Shown here one piece after another: positions 53,071 through 63,871 of a DNA stretch of 64,000 nt. A program made the translations under genes and the position numbers. The stretch's first letter is position 1; each line of letters begins with the position of its first letter. Below the pieces are notes generated by a model, which worked only from the letters and a program-made list of their open reading frames with translations, did no database searches and was not told the DNA's origin. Source of the stretch: an uncultured Phycisphaerales bacterium (lineage in GTDB: Bacteria; Planctomycetota; Phycisphaerae; Tepidisphaerales; Tepidisphaeraceae); NCBI GenBank assembly GCA_963758525.1, contig CAVWVQ010000003.1, positions 1,824,001-1,888,000 on the forward strand, written 5' to 3'.

Positions 53071-54147
53071 ATGCTTCAACTGATGAAGGCCCGCATTGGA
53101 ATCATTTCGTTGTGTTGCGTCGCGCCAATGATTTTGGCATCGCGTCCGCTGATGGCGGACAGCGTTCGTCCGCCCGCGCAGCCCGCGGACGGGCCTGGCG
53201 GAGCCCGGGCAGCTCATGCGTCGGTCATCTCTCACGTCTACGGCCAAGGGGGGACTCAGTACTGGGTCTACGAGCCGGACGCCCCCCGGCCGGACTTGGC
53301 GCCGGTGGTGATTTTCATTCACGGCTGGTCCGCGATGAACCCGGCCATCTACGGCGCGTGGATCGACCACATCGTCAAACGCGGCAACATTGTGATCTTC
53401 CCGAAATATCAGGCGACGATGCTCACTTCCCCCCGCGATTTCACGCCCAATGCAATCGCTGCAATCCAGGACGCGCTGAAGCGGCTGCAGAGCGAGCCGG
53501 GCCACGTGAAGCCGGACCTCGCCCGGATGGCGGCGGTCGGACACTCTGTCGGCGGCCTGCTCGTTGCGAACGTGGCGGCGCTGGCTTCCGAATCGGGGCT
53601 GCCGCAGATCAAGGCGGTGATGTCCACGGAACCGGGGAAAACCGTTACCGGCGACGGCCGAACGTTCGTGCCGCTGGCGGACATGTCGAAACTCCCGGCC
53701 TCGACGCTGCTCCTTGCCGTCGCCGGCGATCACGACACGCTGGTCGGCAAGAGCGACGCGCTGCGCATCTTTCACGAGTCGACGACGATCCCACCGGAAA
53801 ACAAAAATTTCGTGCTGGTGCAGTCTGACTCGCACGGCATGCCGGCGCTGGTGGCCAATCATCTCGCGCCGGTCGCCCCCGATCTTGCCTATAACACGTC
53901 GTCCGGCAACGGCCCGTCGTCACGGCCGGCCCTGCGTAACCCCGGCATGATGCTCGACGCGATCGATTATTACGCTTTCTGGAAGTTGTTCGACGGGCTT
54001 TGCGACGCCGCGTTCCATGGGACAGATCGCGAATTCGCACTGGGCGACACGCCACAGCAGCGGTACATGGGCAAATGGTCGGATGGAACGCCCGTGAAAG
54101 AACTGGTGGTGACTTTGGGCGGCACGCCTGCAGCGGAGAAGAAGTGA
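53071..54147 (+). CDS. Secreted alpha/beta hydrolase
   Basis: Signal peptide; VIFIHGW, GHSVGG nucleophile elbow, GDHD, ANH. Confidence 0.85.
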   Translation: MLQLMKARIGIISLCCVAPMILASRPLMADSVRPPAQPADGPGGARAAHASVISHVYGQGGTQYWVYEPDAPRPDLAPVVIFIHGWSAMNPAIYGAWIDHIVKRGNIVIFPKYQATMLTSPRDFTPNAIAAIQDALKRLQSEPGHVKPDLARMAAVGHSVGGLLVANVAALASESGLPQIKAVMSTEPGKTVTGDGRTFVPLADMSKLPASTLLLAVAGDHDTLVGKSDALRIFHESTTIPPENKNFVLVQSDSHGMPALVANHLAPVAPDLAYNTSSGNGPSSRPALRNPGMMLDAIDYYAFWKLFDGLCDAAFHGTDREFALGDTPQQRYMGKWSDGTPVKELVVTLGGTPAAEKK

Positions 54148-54185
54148 TTTGCTCCATTTGTGAAGAGGGAAAGAGGGAAAAGAGG

Positions 54186-54284
54186 GAACACGAATCGGCA
54201 CGAATGCTCACCAATCTTCACGAATAAATGCGAAGGAAAATCTGCTTCGTGCAGATTCGTGCGAATTCGTGACGATTCGTGTTC
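54186..54284. repeat. CACGAAT-family inverted repeat element
   Basis: gaacacgaatcggcacgaatgctcaccaatcttcacgaat ... ttcgtgcagattcgtgcgaattcgtgacgattcgtgttc. Confidence 0.88.
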
Positions 54285-54398
54285 TGCATTTTCCGGTCGC
54301 CATGGACCATACGGGATTTGCGCACGCCCATCCAATCGGCTCGAACGTGACCATTTTGCACGGAGCCTGCAACACGACGCAGTTGCCCGAACCCGCGA

Positions 54399-55295
54399 TT
54401 AAAACCGCCGATTGCACATGCGGCGAATCAGATGCACCGGGGCGAAGGGCAACGCGCCAAGACGGCCAAGCATCAGCACGGGGGCTGTCAGCTTCACGGC
54501 CAAGGCCCCGCGCTTGGGGTAAACGCAGCCGTTCTGATCAGGCTTCTGCAGCACGATCGGGCACCAGTCAAAACGGCCGTCCACCAGCCGCAGTCCGGCC
54601 TGCTCATAGAGCGTCAGGCTCCCGCTGAATTTACGGCTGACGCGCAGATGCGTGGGATACCACGGGAGCACCATGTAAAAAGGCGCGCTGACGAACAATC
54701 GCCCGCCTGGACGGAGGCACGACGCCAGCGTCTTCACCATCCCGGCAGGATCGGGAACGTGTTCGAGCACGTCGAAACACGTGATTGCGTCGTAGGAATC
54801 GCGGCTCAGTTCGGAAGGATCAGTCACGATCGGAATTTCCGCGGCGCTTCTGGCGAACAACTCCCGCGCAAAGCGCTCGCACAGACCCGGCAGTTCGAAG
54901 TACGCGACGCGATGTCCCTTGCGTGCAAAGTAGAGGCAATCAAATCCCAGACCGTCGCCGATGCTGAGGATGTCGAGGGAGGGACCCTGCTGACGATCCA
55001 TCAGGCGCGCCGTCCAGCGGCGCATTCGCGATTTAACGCTGTTGCGATTCCAGACCGCCAGCTCGTAGAGAAACGCGTTGGTCTGGCCGTAGAACGATTC
55101 GAGATGTGGCCCCCATACGTATCGCGGGCCGCCGTGCCGCGCGAAGTCTTCGGCGACGGAGCAGCCCGGGTGAAGGCGCTCCCATTCGAGCCGGCGTTTG
55201 GCGATATCGACGGACTCCCCGCTGATCTGAGCAATCAGTTCCGCCATTTGCTGCAAACTGTGCAGCGGATTGAACCGCGCCGCCAAACGGGTCAT
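54399..55295 (-). CDS. Class I SAM-dependent methyltransferase
   Basis: ILSIGDGLG, YDAITCFDVLEHVPDP, LRPGGRL. Confidence 0.88.
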   Translation of the reverse strand: MTRLAARFNPLHSLQQMAELIAQISGESVDIAKRRLEWERLHPGCSVAEDFARHGGPRYVWGPHLESFYGQTNAFLYELAVWNRNSVKSRMRRWTARLMDRQQGPSLDILSIGDGLGFDCLYFARKGHRVAYFELPGLCERFARELFARSAAEIPIVTDPSELSRDSYDAITCFDVLEHVPDPAGMVKTLASCLRPGGRLFVSAPFYMVLPWYPTHLRVSRKFSGSLTLYEQAGLRLVDGRFDWCPIVLQKPDQNGCVYPKRGALAVKLTAPVLMLGRLGALPFAPVHLIRRMCNRRF

Positions 55296-55432
55296 GGGGT
55301 ACAGAATGCCAGAAAAGTCGGAAAGAAAAAAGGCTTCGCCGGCGCTGTGCGCCGGAAACCCGAATGGCGAAGCCCGAAACCAGAATCTAATTCTGATTCG
55401 GGGATTCTGGTTTCGTCATTTTGGTCATGCGC

Positions 55433-57352
55433 TCACGACCCCACCGACGCCAGCGGGCGCTCGCCCGCAGGGTCGGGCGCCAGCACTTTCACGGTGGTCT
55501 CCGGCGGAAGCATTTCTTCCAGGCGTTTCTGGAACTCTCCCTTGACCAGTCGGTAGAACGCGCCGCGACGGCTCGTGCCAATCAGCACTTGATCCACGCC
55601 GTAGATGGCGGCGGACTCGGCGATCAGCTCGACGGCGTCGTAACCCGTGTCATACGACGGCAGCACGGCAACACCGATCTCATGCGCCAGGGCCAGAAAT
55701 CGGCTGAATGTCCGCAGGGCCGCCAGGTCGGTATCGATCGTCATGCGGCGGTCGTATTTGTAGGACAACGTCACCTCGCGAATGAAGCAGATGACCAGCG
55801 TCTTGCCCGAGCGCTTGGCTTCCTCCAATGCGCCTCTGGCCAGGTGATCGGAGCCGTACGTGCCCAGGAGAACCTTGGGGCGGGCCATGGCTTCGGGGGT
55901 GAGTTGTTCCATGATCGCCTGGCGCAGGAGCGTCGGGCGCACGCCATCGCGGTTGGCGAGCCACTTGGTGAAAGCCCGCGCCGTCAGCCCGATGGTCATC
56001 ACCACGGCGACGAAGACCAGCGCGTGCAGCTTCGTGAATGCGAGGGTGACCCAGATCGCCAGCAGCACGATTCCCAGCAGCATCATGGGAACCTTGCGCG
56101 ACAGGCGTCGCAGGCGGGGGTGGATGGCGCAGAGCGTGACGTTAATGGCGACCGCGCCGATCACGCCGATGGCATACAGCGCCGCGAGACTGTCGAGATC
56201 GTGGCTGACCAGCAGGACGAGGATGGGGACCGATGCCGCCAGCGCCGCGGGCATCCAAGGCACGCCGAAGCGGTTGAGGGCGGCCATTCCCTGCGGCAAT
56301 TCGCCGTCGCGGGCCATCAGGTATTGAACGGAGATCATGTCGGTGATAGCGGTGTTGGTGGCGGAGAGCAGCAGCACGCCGCCGATAATGCGAACCGCCC
56401 ACTCCCCCCACTGCCCGACGTACACCCCGCTGAGAAACGCGAGCATGTCGCTTTGATGCTTATCGCGGTCGAGGGGAAAGATCGCGAGCATGCAGGCGGC
56501 CAGGAGAACGTTGAAGATGGCAACTTCGGCGGAAACGACCCAGATCGCCTTACTGGCGGTTTTCAGGACCGGGCGGGTCATCACGCCGGTGAGGTTGGCG
56601 ATGGCTTCCACGCCGCTCAGCGCCAGCACGATCGAGACGAACGCGACCCACATCTCGCCGGGCTGATGATTGAGATGCCCGATACGCCCCGGCAAGTCAT
56701 GCCAGGAAACCTGCGGAATGGCGAATGCCGCGATGAGCAGGGTGATGAGCACCATCCCCACTGCCGCCAAGAGCGCGAACATTCCGGTGTGTTTTGGGCC
56801 CATCAGATTGAACATGCCGATGGCGGCGATCGCGACGATCGCCCACAGCGCCGGCGAGTCAAAGGCCAGGAGTTTGTCGGCCTCGGTCGCCTCGGAACTG
56901 CGCTTTACGTCGAGCTTGGCGCCGGCGTCAACTCGATCCGGCTCGGCCTGAACGTGACGCCCGACGGGGAGACCAAAATAGTGAAACGCGTCCAGCGAAC
57001 TGAGGCTTGCCGTCACCGTGTAGTCGGCGAAGAGCAACAACGCGCCGACGACGGCGAGCGTGCGGCTTTTGTGCTTTGCGGCGGTGTAGACGCCGCCACC
57101 GTCGGGATAGATCCGGCAGATTTGCGTGTAGGCCCAGCCCACCGCCAGGATCAACAGGCTCATGGCTACGATCAGCCAAAAGCTGGTGCGCCCGGCGAAG
57201 AAGAGGGCGATGCCCAGCACGTACAGTCGACTGGTGCCCCAATCGCCAAAGAGAAGTCCCGCGGCTTGCTTCCACCCGACGTTGCGGGGCCGCTCGCCCG
57301 CGAGGAGACTCAAGGCTGCCGGCTTTCGGGGGCCGCTTTCGATGGTGTGCAT
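55433..57352 (-). CDS. kimA: KimA-like APC/KUP potassium transporter with C-terminal USP-like domain
   Basis: GDWGTSRLY, YPDGGGVY, LLFADYTVT and ALSGVEAIAN parallel KimA ion-binding motifs; preceded by a c-di-AMP riboswitch. Confidence 0.7.
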   Translation of the reverse strand: MHTIESGPRKPAALSLLAGERPRNVGWKQAAGLLFGDWGTSRLYVLGIALFFAGRTSFWLIVAMSLLILAVGWAYTQICRIYPDGGGVYTAAKHKSRTLAVVGALLLFADYTVTASLSSLDAFHYFGLPVGRHVQAEPDRVDAGAKLDVKRSSEATEADKLLAFDSPALWAIVAIAAIGMFNLMGPKHTGMFALLAAVGMVLITLLIAAFAIPQVSWHDLPGRIGHLNHQPGEMWVAFVSIVLALSGVEAIANLTGVMTRPVLKTASKAIWVVSAEVAIFNVLLAACMLAIFPLDRDKHQSDMLAFLSGVYVGQWGEWAVRIIGGVLLLSATNTAITDMISVQYLMARDGELPQGMAALNRFGVPWMPAALAASVPILVLLVSHDLDSLAALYAIGVIGAVAINVTLCAIHPRLRRLSRKVPMMLLGIVLLAIWVTLAFTKLHALVFVAVVMTIGLTARAFTKWLANRDGVRPTLLRQAIMEQLTPEAMARPKVLLGTYGSDHLARGALEEAKRSGKTLVICFIREVTLSYKYDRRMTIDTDLAALRTFSRFLALAHEIGVAVLPSYDTGYDAVELIAESAAIYGVDQVLIGTSRRGAFYRLVKGEFQKRLEEMLPPETTVKVLAPDPAGERPLASVGS

Positions 57353-57521
57353 AGACGTGTCGCTGCCATCGGACTGCGCGGAAGCGCGCGGCGGTCCTGC
57401 CCGCCACGGGCCGGCATATCCTCATTCTGCGCAACGAGGGGCTCGGGAGCTTTTTGGAGACCGCTGCAAGCGATCACCGGGGCGAGTGCCCCGCTCAGGA
57501 GAGCGTCGTTGTGCCCTTTCA

Positions 57522-57668
57522 AGGGCCTACGGGGTTAGCTGACGGGCTAGGGCTTGAAAGTGCCCCGGAACGTTTGTTCGTCCCTAAGCCCCTGGTGCCG
57601 ACTACTTCCATCGACGACACCCTTGGGTTCCCCGCGCCCTGCGCCACACGCGAAGCCTCGGCGGTCAC
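57522..57668 (-). ncRNA. c-di-AMP (ydaO/yuaA) riboswitch
   Basis: Minus strand CCGCCGAG...GCGCGGGGAACCC...GGGGC...GGGGCACUUUC...CCCUAGCCCGUCAGCUAACCCCGUAGGC matches the ydaO pattern; upstream of a KimA-like gene. Confidence 0.88.
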
Positions 57669-57680
57669 ATAACACCGATA

Positions 57681-57710
57681 ACCTTACGATTTTCGATCTG
57701 GCATTGTCAA
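57681..57710 (-). promoter_or_regulatory. Sigma70-type promoter of the riboswitch/kimA transcript
   Basis: TTGACA-N18-TAAGGT immediately 5' of the riboswitch. Confidence 0.65.
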
Positions 57711-58099
57711 CAGGAAAGGGGGGAGGAAGGCACGAAGGCGCGAAGGCACAGAGCCACGGAGGGGAATGCCATGGCGGGTTTAAATGCGGTAAGCATATTA
57801 TCTACAGACATTTATGAATTTGGTCCGGAGCAGAATTCGTTAGTGCCAACGTCCGACGAGGGGCGCGGGCGACGCTCGTAGGCTGCGAATCGAATTTAGT
57901 TGTGGTTTTCACCGGTTTGGTGATTACTTCGATGGGTGATGTTAAAATGGGTAAAGAATTTCTCAGGCGTATCCGATAGTTTAAGCATCGCAAGTTATCC
58001 AGTTTAACATGCGAATCGATTTCAAGGCTGGCACGGATGCCGGTTTGTTAATTTGGAGAACTCGCGAAAAGGTTCGCGATACTCCCCGGAGAAACATCC

Positions 58100-58875
58100 A
58101 TGCATCATGTTAAGCCGACCATCACCGCCGTTGCCCGCGAATACCTCGAACCGCTTCTGAAGGGCGATCGTGCCGTTGCTCGCGAGGTCATCGCGGCTGC
58201 GATGGAACTTCAGGTGAGCGCGTATGACCTGCTCACCCAATTGATCTGGCCGACAATGGAAACCATCCAGGAAATGTACCGCGACGACCGTATCAACGTC
58301 AGCACGCTCAATCTAGCCACCCGGTTGAATCGCTCGATTGCCGACCAGCTTTGCTCGCGGCTTGAGCAGGCACCGTCCAACGGACGCAAAGTATTGATTT
58401 TCTGTGGCAACGATGAGCCCGAAGAACTCGGCGGCCAGATTTGCGCGACCTGTTTGAAGCCGATGGCTTCTCCGTCCGCTTCGCCGGCGGCGGCGTGCCG
58501 GAGGACGAAGTGCTGACTCTGATCGGCGAGATGCGACCCGACCTGCTGGTCATGTTCGGCACCCTTCCGGCAGGCATCCCGTCGGTCCGCAAATTGATCG
58601 ACTACCTCCGCGAGGTGAACAGTTGTCCGACCATGCAGGTTCTCTGCTGCGGGGGGATCTACAAGCGGGCCGAAGGCCTTGCCGAGGAAATCGGCGCGGA
58701 CCTTTACGCCCCCGACGCTGCCACCGCAGTCAAGACCGCCAATGCCCATCCGACTCGACGGGCGACGGTGGATCAGCAGACGGTTGGCCGAACGCGTCGC
58801 ATTCGCAAAGCCGCCGCCCGGCGTAGCGAGCAGGCGATGCGCGAACCAGCGTCGGTGGCCGTTGAAGCAATGTAA
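58100..58875 (+). CDS. Cobalamin-binding-domain-like protein (indel ~58445)
   Basis: Cap helices (GDR..AREVI...LIWP.ME.I...YR) plus Rossmann part (EPEELGG, DLFEADGF.V.F.GG.VP, IGADLYAPD). Confidence 0.75.
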
Positions 58876-58949
58876 AACTCATGCCCCATCCAGATTCGGC
58901 AACGTATGCCGAGCTCGGTTTAGAAAGACCCACAGCCGATCATGGATGC

Positions 58950-58988
58950 CGCCGCCGGCGCACGGAGTGCGCCGGCGGCGAGGTTTTT
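58950..58988 (+). terminator. Probable intrinsic terminator
   Basis: cgccgccggcgcac-gga-gtgcgccggcggcg followed by aggttttt. Confidence 0.65.
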
Positions 58989-59028
58989 AATAAGACGTCA
59001 GGAGTAAGGAGCCGGAAGTCAGAATGAA

Positions 59029-59598
59029 TTGCGGCGCGTGTACTATAGTCTCGTGGTGTTTCGCTCGAAGCCCGCATCACTGATCCGATTTCTCTCGCTG
59101 CTCGCGGGGCTGTTCTTCGTCGGGGTCTGGATTCGCAGCCATTACTCGAACGATCTGTTGTTTTTCACGACGCCGCATCGCGACTATGTTGAAGTTGCGA
59201 CGATTCCGGATCAATTCCGCATTACCGTCGTCGACCGATGGCCCTCGACCGTTCCGCCGAGATTTGTCGAATCGCGCTATCTGTCGCCGGGGTGGCCGGT
59301 CTTTGGCGAGGGGCCGATCTATCATCGCTGGTTTCCGCTCGGTTTTGCGATTACCCACGGCTCGCGACCGATCCCCTTGATGGCCGTTCTATTCCGGTGG
59401 TCTCTGCTTCGTTCTATCTCCGTTACCTTCTCGCAACTGGCCGTTCCGTTTCCGCTGCCGGTCTCGGTTTGCGCGGCAATCTGTTTCTGGCCATTGGTCC
59501 GACGACTTCGCCGCCGACGGAGCGAGGACAGCCGCGCGATCAAGGGCTTCTGTCGGCAATGCGGGTATGACTTGCGCGACTCCCGGGCGATGTCCTGA
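59029..59598 (+). CDS. Membrane protein with C-terminal zinc ribbon (CxxCGYDLR...CPECG)
   Basis: Two TM segments, CRQCGYDLR; CPECG follows in a shifted frame at 59591-59605. Confidence 0.7.
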   Translation: MRRVYYSLVVFRSKPASLIRFLSLLAGLFFVGVWIRSHYSNDLLFFTTPHRDYVEVATIPDQFRITVVDRWPSTVPPRFVESRYLSPGWPVFGEGPIYHRWFPLGFAITHGSRPIPLMAVLFRWSLLRSISVTFSQLAVPFPLPVSVCAAICFWPLVRRLRRRRSEDSRAIKGFCRQCGYDLRDSRAMS

Positions 59599-59631
59599 AT
59601 GCGGCACAGAGAGAGATGCGCGACTGATCGC

Positions 59632-60306
59632 ATGACCGAGCGTTCCTCAATGAATCTCACTTCATTTCACTGGTGGTTCAAGACGGACGCTGGTCTTGCC
59701 GCCAGGATTGCGATTGGCGCGAGCATCTTCGCGATGCTGGCCGCGACAGACCTGATGCGGCACGGGCGGGCGGCGCAGCGATGGCGCGAATATGCCTTTC
59801 TGCTGCTCGCGACGCTGGCCGGGATCGCCTATGGGGTCGTGAACGATGCCGTGACCAGCTCGATTTCGTGGGAGTACTATTTCTATGGGAAAGGCCTCGC
59901 CGACGTGATGCCCGCGAAGACTCCGCCGGACCCGCGGGCATTACGCAATCAAGCGATGGGGATCGGGATGAGAGCCGGCGGGTCAGCAGGGATTGTGATC
60001 GGAGCGATACTGCTCATCGCCAACAACCCGCGACCGAACCGGCGCCGGCTCACGTACAAACAGCTTGCTTCGCATCTGTCGATGATCTTCGCGGTGACAA
60101 TTGCTTGTTCTCTTCTTCTTGGCGCAGCCGGGGCGAGTGGCTGGCTCCTCTGGACCAGCAACGATCTGGCCGACCTGTGGCACACCGGAGACTTTCGGCC
60201 CATTCGCTTCCTCGGCGTCTACGGAATTCATCTCGGCGCATACATTGGCGGCGCGATCGGGATCACGATCGCGGTCGTGAGGATCGCTCAAGCCCGCTGG
60301 GACTAA
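59632..60306 (+). CDS. Hypothetical multi-pass membrane protein
   Basis: About 5 hydrophobic helices; YGVVND..TSSISWEYYFYGKG, GIHLGAYIGG. Confidence 0.7.
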   Translation: MTERSSMNLTSFHWWFKTDAGLAARIAIGASIFAMLAATDLMRHGRAAQRWREYAFLLLATLAGIAYGVVNDAVTSSISWEYYFYGKGLADVMPAKTPPDPRALRNQAMGIGMRAGGSAGIVIGAILLIANNPRPNRRRLTYKQLASHLSMIFAVTIACSLLLGAAGASGWLLWTSNDLADLWHTGDFRPIRFLGVYGIHLGAYIGGAIGITIAVVRIAQARWD

Positions 60307-60314
60307 ATCCGGCT

Positions 60315-60620
60315 TTATCCGCGCTTCTTTGGCCTCTTGCCCGAGACAGGTTCATCAATGTCACTGAACTGAACCATGTGCGCCAGAGCGACCGTGCGCA
60401 AGCGCTTCACGAGCGGATAGCCCTCGGAGTCGTGTCCCAGTTCTACGGGCAGGATCACCGAGGACTCGCCGACAAGCACCATGCCGGCGTTGGTGATGGG
60501 AATCGCTGACCCGTCAGTCAAATGAACTCGGAACGGGCGAAACGGGACATCATAGATGCGATGATTGAGATCAACCGCGTGCATTGGTTGATTGTAACGA
60601 TCGGTTGGCGCCGTCTCCAA
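60315..60620 (-). CDS. Small planctomycete hypothetical protein
   Basis: PFRPFRVHLTDG..IPI motif, basic C-terminus; true start may be ATG 60584. Confidence 0.6.
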   Translation of the reverse strand: METAPTDRYNQPMHAVDLNHRIYDVPFRPFRVHLTDGSAIPITNAGMVLVGESSVILPVELGHDSEGYPLVKRLRTVALAHMVQFSDIDEPVSGKRPKKRG

Positions 60621-60680
60621 TTTATTCGACGGAGAACGCCGGTGGGGAGTGTGGCGCTCGAAAGTGGCGACCGGCTCCGA

Positions 60681-60748
60681 GTAGGGCGGGATTCATCCCG
60701 CCGATTTATTGGCCGGCCGGGAAAACGGCGGGATGAATCCCGCCCTAC
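60681..60748. repeat. GTAG-type REP doublet (REPIN), 68 bp
   Basis: Same arms and length as 29355-29422 with a different spacer. Confidence 0.9.
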
Positions 60749-60835
60749 GATCGCAAGATCCGCAATCGCCACAATTAAAAAAAAGTTCACCCGCGCTGGA
60801 AGCTGGATGAGCCCGGTCGTCCTCAAGCCGATTTC

Positions 60836-62358
60836 CTACGCCGCCGTCGGCTTTGCTTCGGGTTTGGGAGCGGAGAAGACGCGGACACAGTTTCGGCCGG
60901 CGCGCTTCGCGGCATAGACAGCCAGGTCGGCGGCTTTCAGCAGGTGGGCGGCCTCTTTGAACGGGCCGCCTGGCTCGTAGCAGGCAACGCCGATGCTGGC
61001 GGTAACCGGAAGGGTGACGGCGATGCAGGCGACCGGGCGCGATGCGATGGCCCGGCGGATGCTCTCGGCGACCGCGGCAGCGGTCGATCGGCTGGTGCCG
61101 GGGAGCACCAGGACCATTTCTTCCCCGCCGTAGCGGGCGGCAAGGTCCTGGGTGCGGGTCGCGGTCGACAAGAGCTTGCCCAGAGCACGGAGCACTTCGT
61201 CGCCGGTCTGGTGGCCGTGCTGATCGTTGACGCTCTTGAACTTGTCCACGTCGAGCAGGAGCAGCGAAATTGGCTTGCGGGCGCGGACGGCGGCGGCAAA
61301 TTGCTCCGCGAGAAACTGATCGAACGACACACGGTTGGCCAGGCCCGTGAGCCCGTCGGTGGTCGCCTGGATCTTCAATTGCTGATTCTGCTCGGCCAGC
61401 GTGCTGGCTTTTTCCTGCAGCACCGTTGCATGCTGCTGGGACTGGAGCGTGATTTCGACGAGCGCTTCGTTGGCTTTTTTCAAGATGGCGTCGTACTCCA
61501 GCGACGAACCCATGTTGATCTCGAAGAGCGACGCGACTTCCTTGCTGCGCGTGCCGATCTCGTCGAGCAGCGCGTCGCATTCCGGCTGGCTCATCTTGTA
61601 CGACTGCATGCAGATCTGCCGGACGTCAGCGATCGCCGGCGCCGGCATCGCATCGACGAATACATCCGCGCAGCGACCGGCGAGACCGACCAGCTCGGTC
61701 AATTTGCGCAGGCTCGCGTCAGCGACCTTTTCCGGCACGGCGTGAAACGCGATCGGCATGATCAACAGCGGCGGGAGCTTCCACTGCGTGGCGAGAATGC
61801 CTCCGACGTCGGCGTGCGTCATTCCCAGCGCCTGCTGCTCGAGCGGCGCCAGCTCGCCATGCGAATGGACCTTGAGGTGCAGCTCGCCGTACTGCTCGGC
61901 GAGAACCTGGTCGAGCACCAGCATTCCGATATCCATGAGCAGCGCCGCAAGAAAAGCTTCTTCCTGCTGAACGATGCCGAGCTTTGCCGCGATCGTACGG
62001 GCGGCCGTCGCGGCATGAATGCTGCGCTTCCAATAATGCAGATGCTGAAAGCCCTTCCCTTTGGCCTTGGTGAGGTTGGTCACCAGCGAGAAGCCCAGCA
62101 CCAGCGTCTTGACCGACTGCAGTCCGAGAATCACCAGCGCATGGCTGATGGTGCCGACGTTCTGGCTCCGCGCATAGAAGCTGGAGTTCACCGTACGCAG
62201 GATCTTGGACGAGAGGGCCGGGTCGCGCGAAATGATGCGCACGATCTCCGCGATGTCCACGTCAGTTTTTTGCGCAAGTCGAGCACCTGCACGGCGATCG
62301 TTGGCAGGGAGGGTAAAGTGGCGCACTGGCGGATTCGTTGAATGAGCTGTTCGTTCAT
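60836..62358 (-). CDS. HDOD-GGDEF diguanylate cyclase (indel ~62275)
   Basis: MNEQLIQRIRQCATLPSLP start in a shifted frame; DPALSSKILRTVNS HDOD; DGLTGLAN, DKFKSVND..GH..GD, RxxD I-site, RYGGEEM. Confidence 0.9.
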
Positions 62359-62573
62359 AGACGCAGAAAGCGGTTTCGCGTGGGCGGACTGCGCACGGCG
62401 CGAAATATCTCTGCCGGGTTTCTATCGACCAGTTGAACCCGCTACGTTGCATCTTGTGCGGCTTTCAAAAAAGACGACAAGTTACCGTATCGCGAGCCGA
62501 GGTATTATCGCAACAGGCAGTTTTTGCGCGCGGCGCTGGCCCCAATGGTGCATTCAAATGGCATCCCGTTGTA

Positions 62574-63821
62574 CTACTGCGCCATCGCGTCCTTCACCGC
62601 GGCGACGATCTTCTCCTCGGTGTCGGGATCGAAGCCGATGAACACCTTGCGAATTTTTCCGTCTTTGCCGATGACGACCGTCTCGGGTATCGCGCCTTCT
62701 CCGTACTTGGGCAGCACTGAGCTGTCTGTATCGAGCAACACCGGCACGGCAAGTTTGGTCTGATCGACAAACGCCTGCACCACCTGCTTCTCCTCACCGA
62801 CGTTAATCGCATACACCTTCAACCCGTCGCCTTTCAACTTGGCGTAGGTCTCGTCCAGATGTGGGAGCGACGCGCGACAAGGGGGACACCAGGTCGCCCA
62901 GAAGTCGACGATCGCGACCGACCCCTTCAGATCCGCCAGGCTCACCTGCTTGTCGTCGAGGCCGGCGAGTTTGAAGTCGGGCGCGTCTTTCCCTTCCAGC
63001 GGGCTGGCATCCATCTCTGCGGCCGGCCCGCGATGCGCCGCGGCGTCGCGTGCACCTTGCGGCGGCGTCCAGGCGAACTGCTCGCTCTTCAAATCAGCCC
63101 CTGGCGTCACCGTTGCGTAGTTGATCGTGAGCAGCGCCGATTCGACATTCGCGTCGCCCTTCGCTTCCAACTGCCCGCGCGCGTCGGTCAGCGCGCGACG
63201 CAGCAGATGCGTTTTCGGATCGAAGAGGAGAGTCAGAACATCGCCGTTCTTTTCCCTGACGACCAGGGTTGGGAAAGCGACGCCTTCGATAGTCGCAGCG
63301 TCGCCCGTGGAAACATCCGTCGCACTGCGAGTCAACGCAGCCGACGGGACCTGCGCGATGGCGAGCATCAGCGACGGATCGATCAACGCATCGATCGGCG
63401 ATGGGAGTTTGTCGACCGTCGTGCGTTCTTTCGGTGCGTCGGTCAGCGTGTAGAGGCCCTGCCGTTCCAAATACGAAAAGACCTTTTCGCCCGTCGATCC
63501 GCACAGCATGTTTCCCTTGACCTCATGACGGAAAAAGTTGGGGGCCAGGAAGCTTGAGGTGAAGTCGGCGGAGCCTTCCCGCTTGCGCCCGTCAACGCGA
63601 ACGTCTTGCGAAATCGTGCCGGCAAGGTCGAGGGTCGTCAGTTTTCCGTAGGCGGCATCGACTTCATCGAGCAGCTTACGCGCATCGGCAGAAACCGCAG
63701 TGGGCGAAGCGGTGCTCGGCTGTGATGTTGGATCCCCGCCCGAAAGTGCCTGGGCTCTCGCGCCGGCAAGCGATAACCAGAGGACCGCGGCAGCAACTCT
63801 GAGCAGGGATTTGCGAAGCAT
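62574..63821 (-). CDS. LolA-like domain + TlpA/redoxin fusion
   Basis: Signal peptide; APDFKL, DFWATWCPPC, IPETVVIGKDG. Confidence 0.85.
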   Translation of the reverse strand: MLRKSLLRVAAAVLWLSLAGARAQALSGGDPTSQPSTASPTAVSADARKLLDEVDAAYGKLTTLDLAGTISQDVRVDGRKREGSADFTSSFLAPNFFRHEVKGNMLCGSTGEKVFSYLERQGLYTLTDAPKERTTVDKLPSPIDALIDPSLMLAIAQVPSAALTRSATDVSTGDAATIEGVAFPTLVVREKNGDVLTLLFDPKTHLLRRALTDARGQLEAKGDANVESALLTINYATVTPGADLKSEQFAWTPPQGARDAAAHRGPAAEMDASPLEGKDAPDFKLAGLDDKQVSLADLKGSVAIVDFWATWCPPCRASLPHLDETYAKLKGDGLKVYAINVGEEKQVVQAFVDQTKLAVPVLLDTDSSVLPKYGEGAIPETVVIGKDGKIRKVFIGFDPDTEEKIVAAVKDAMAQ

Positions 63822-63871
63822 ACATCACCTTTACGGAGCGGAAACGGACGAACACCTCTTCAAACGCGTGT

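Noticed and set aside
57728..57762. ggcacgaaggcgcgaaggcacagag short periodic motif
   Set aside because: Resembles the CACGAA repeats but is degenerate, 8-bp spaced and lacks an inverted partner.
26445..62358. Programmed frameshifting or pseudogene status for split genes
   Set aside because: No slippery heptamers or in-frame decay; the pattern fits sequencing indels.
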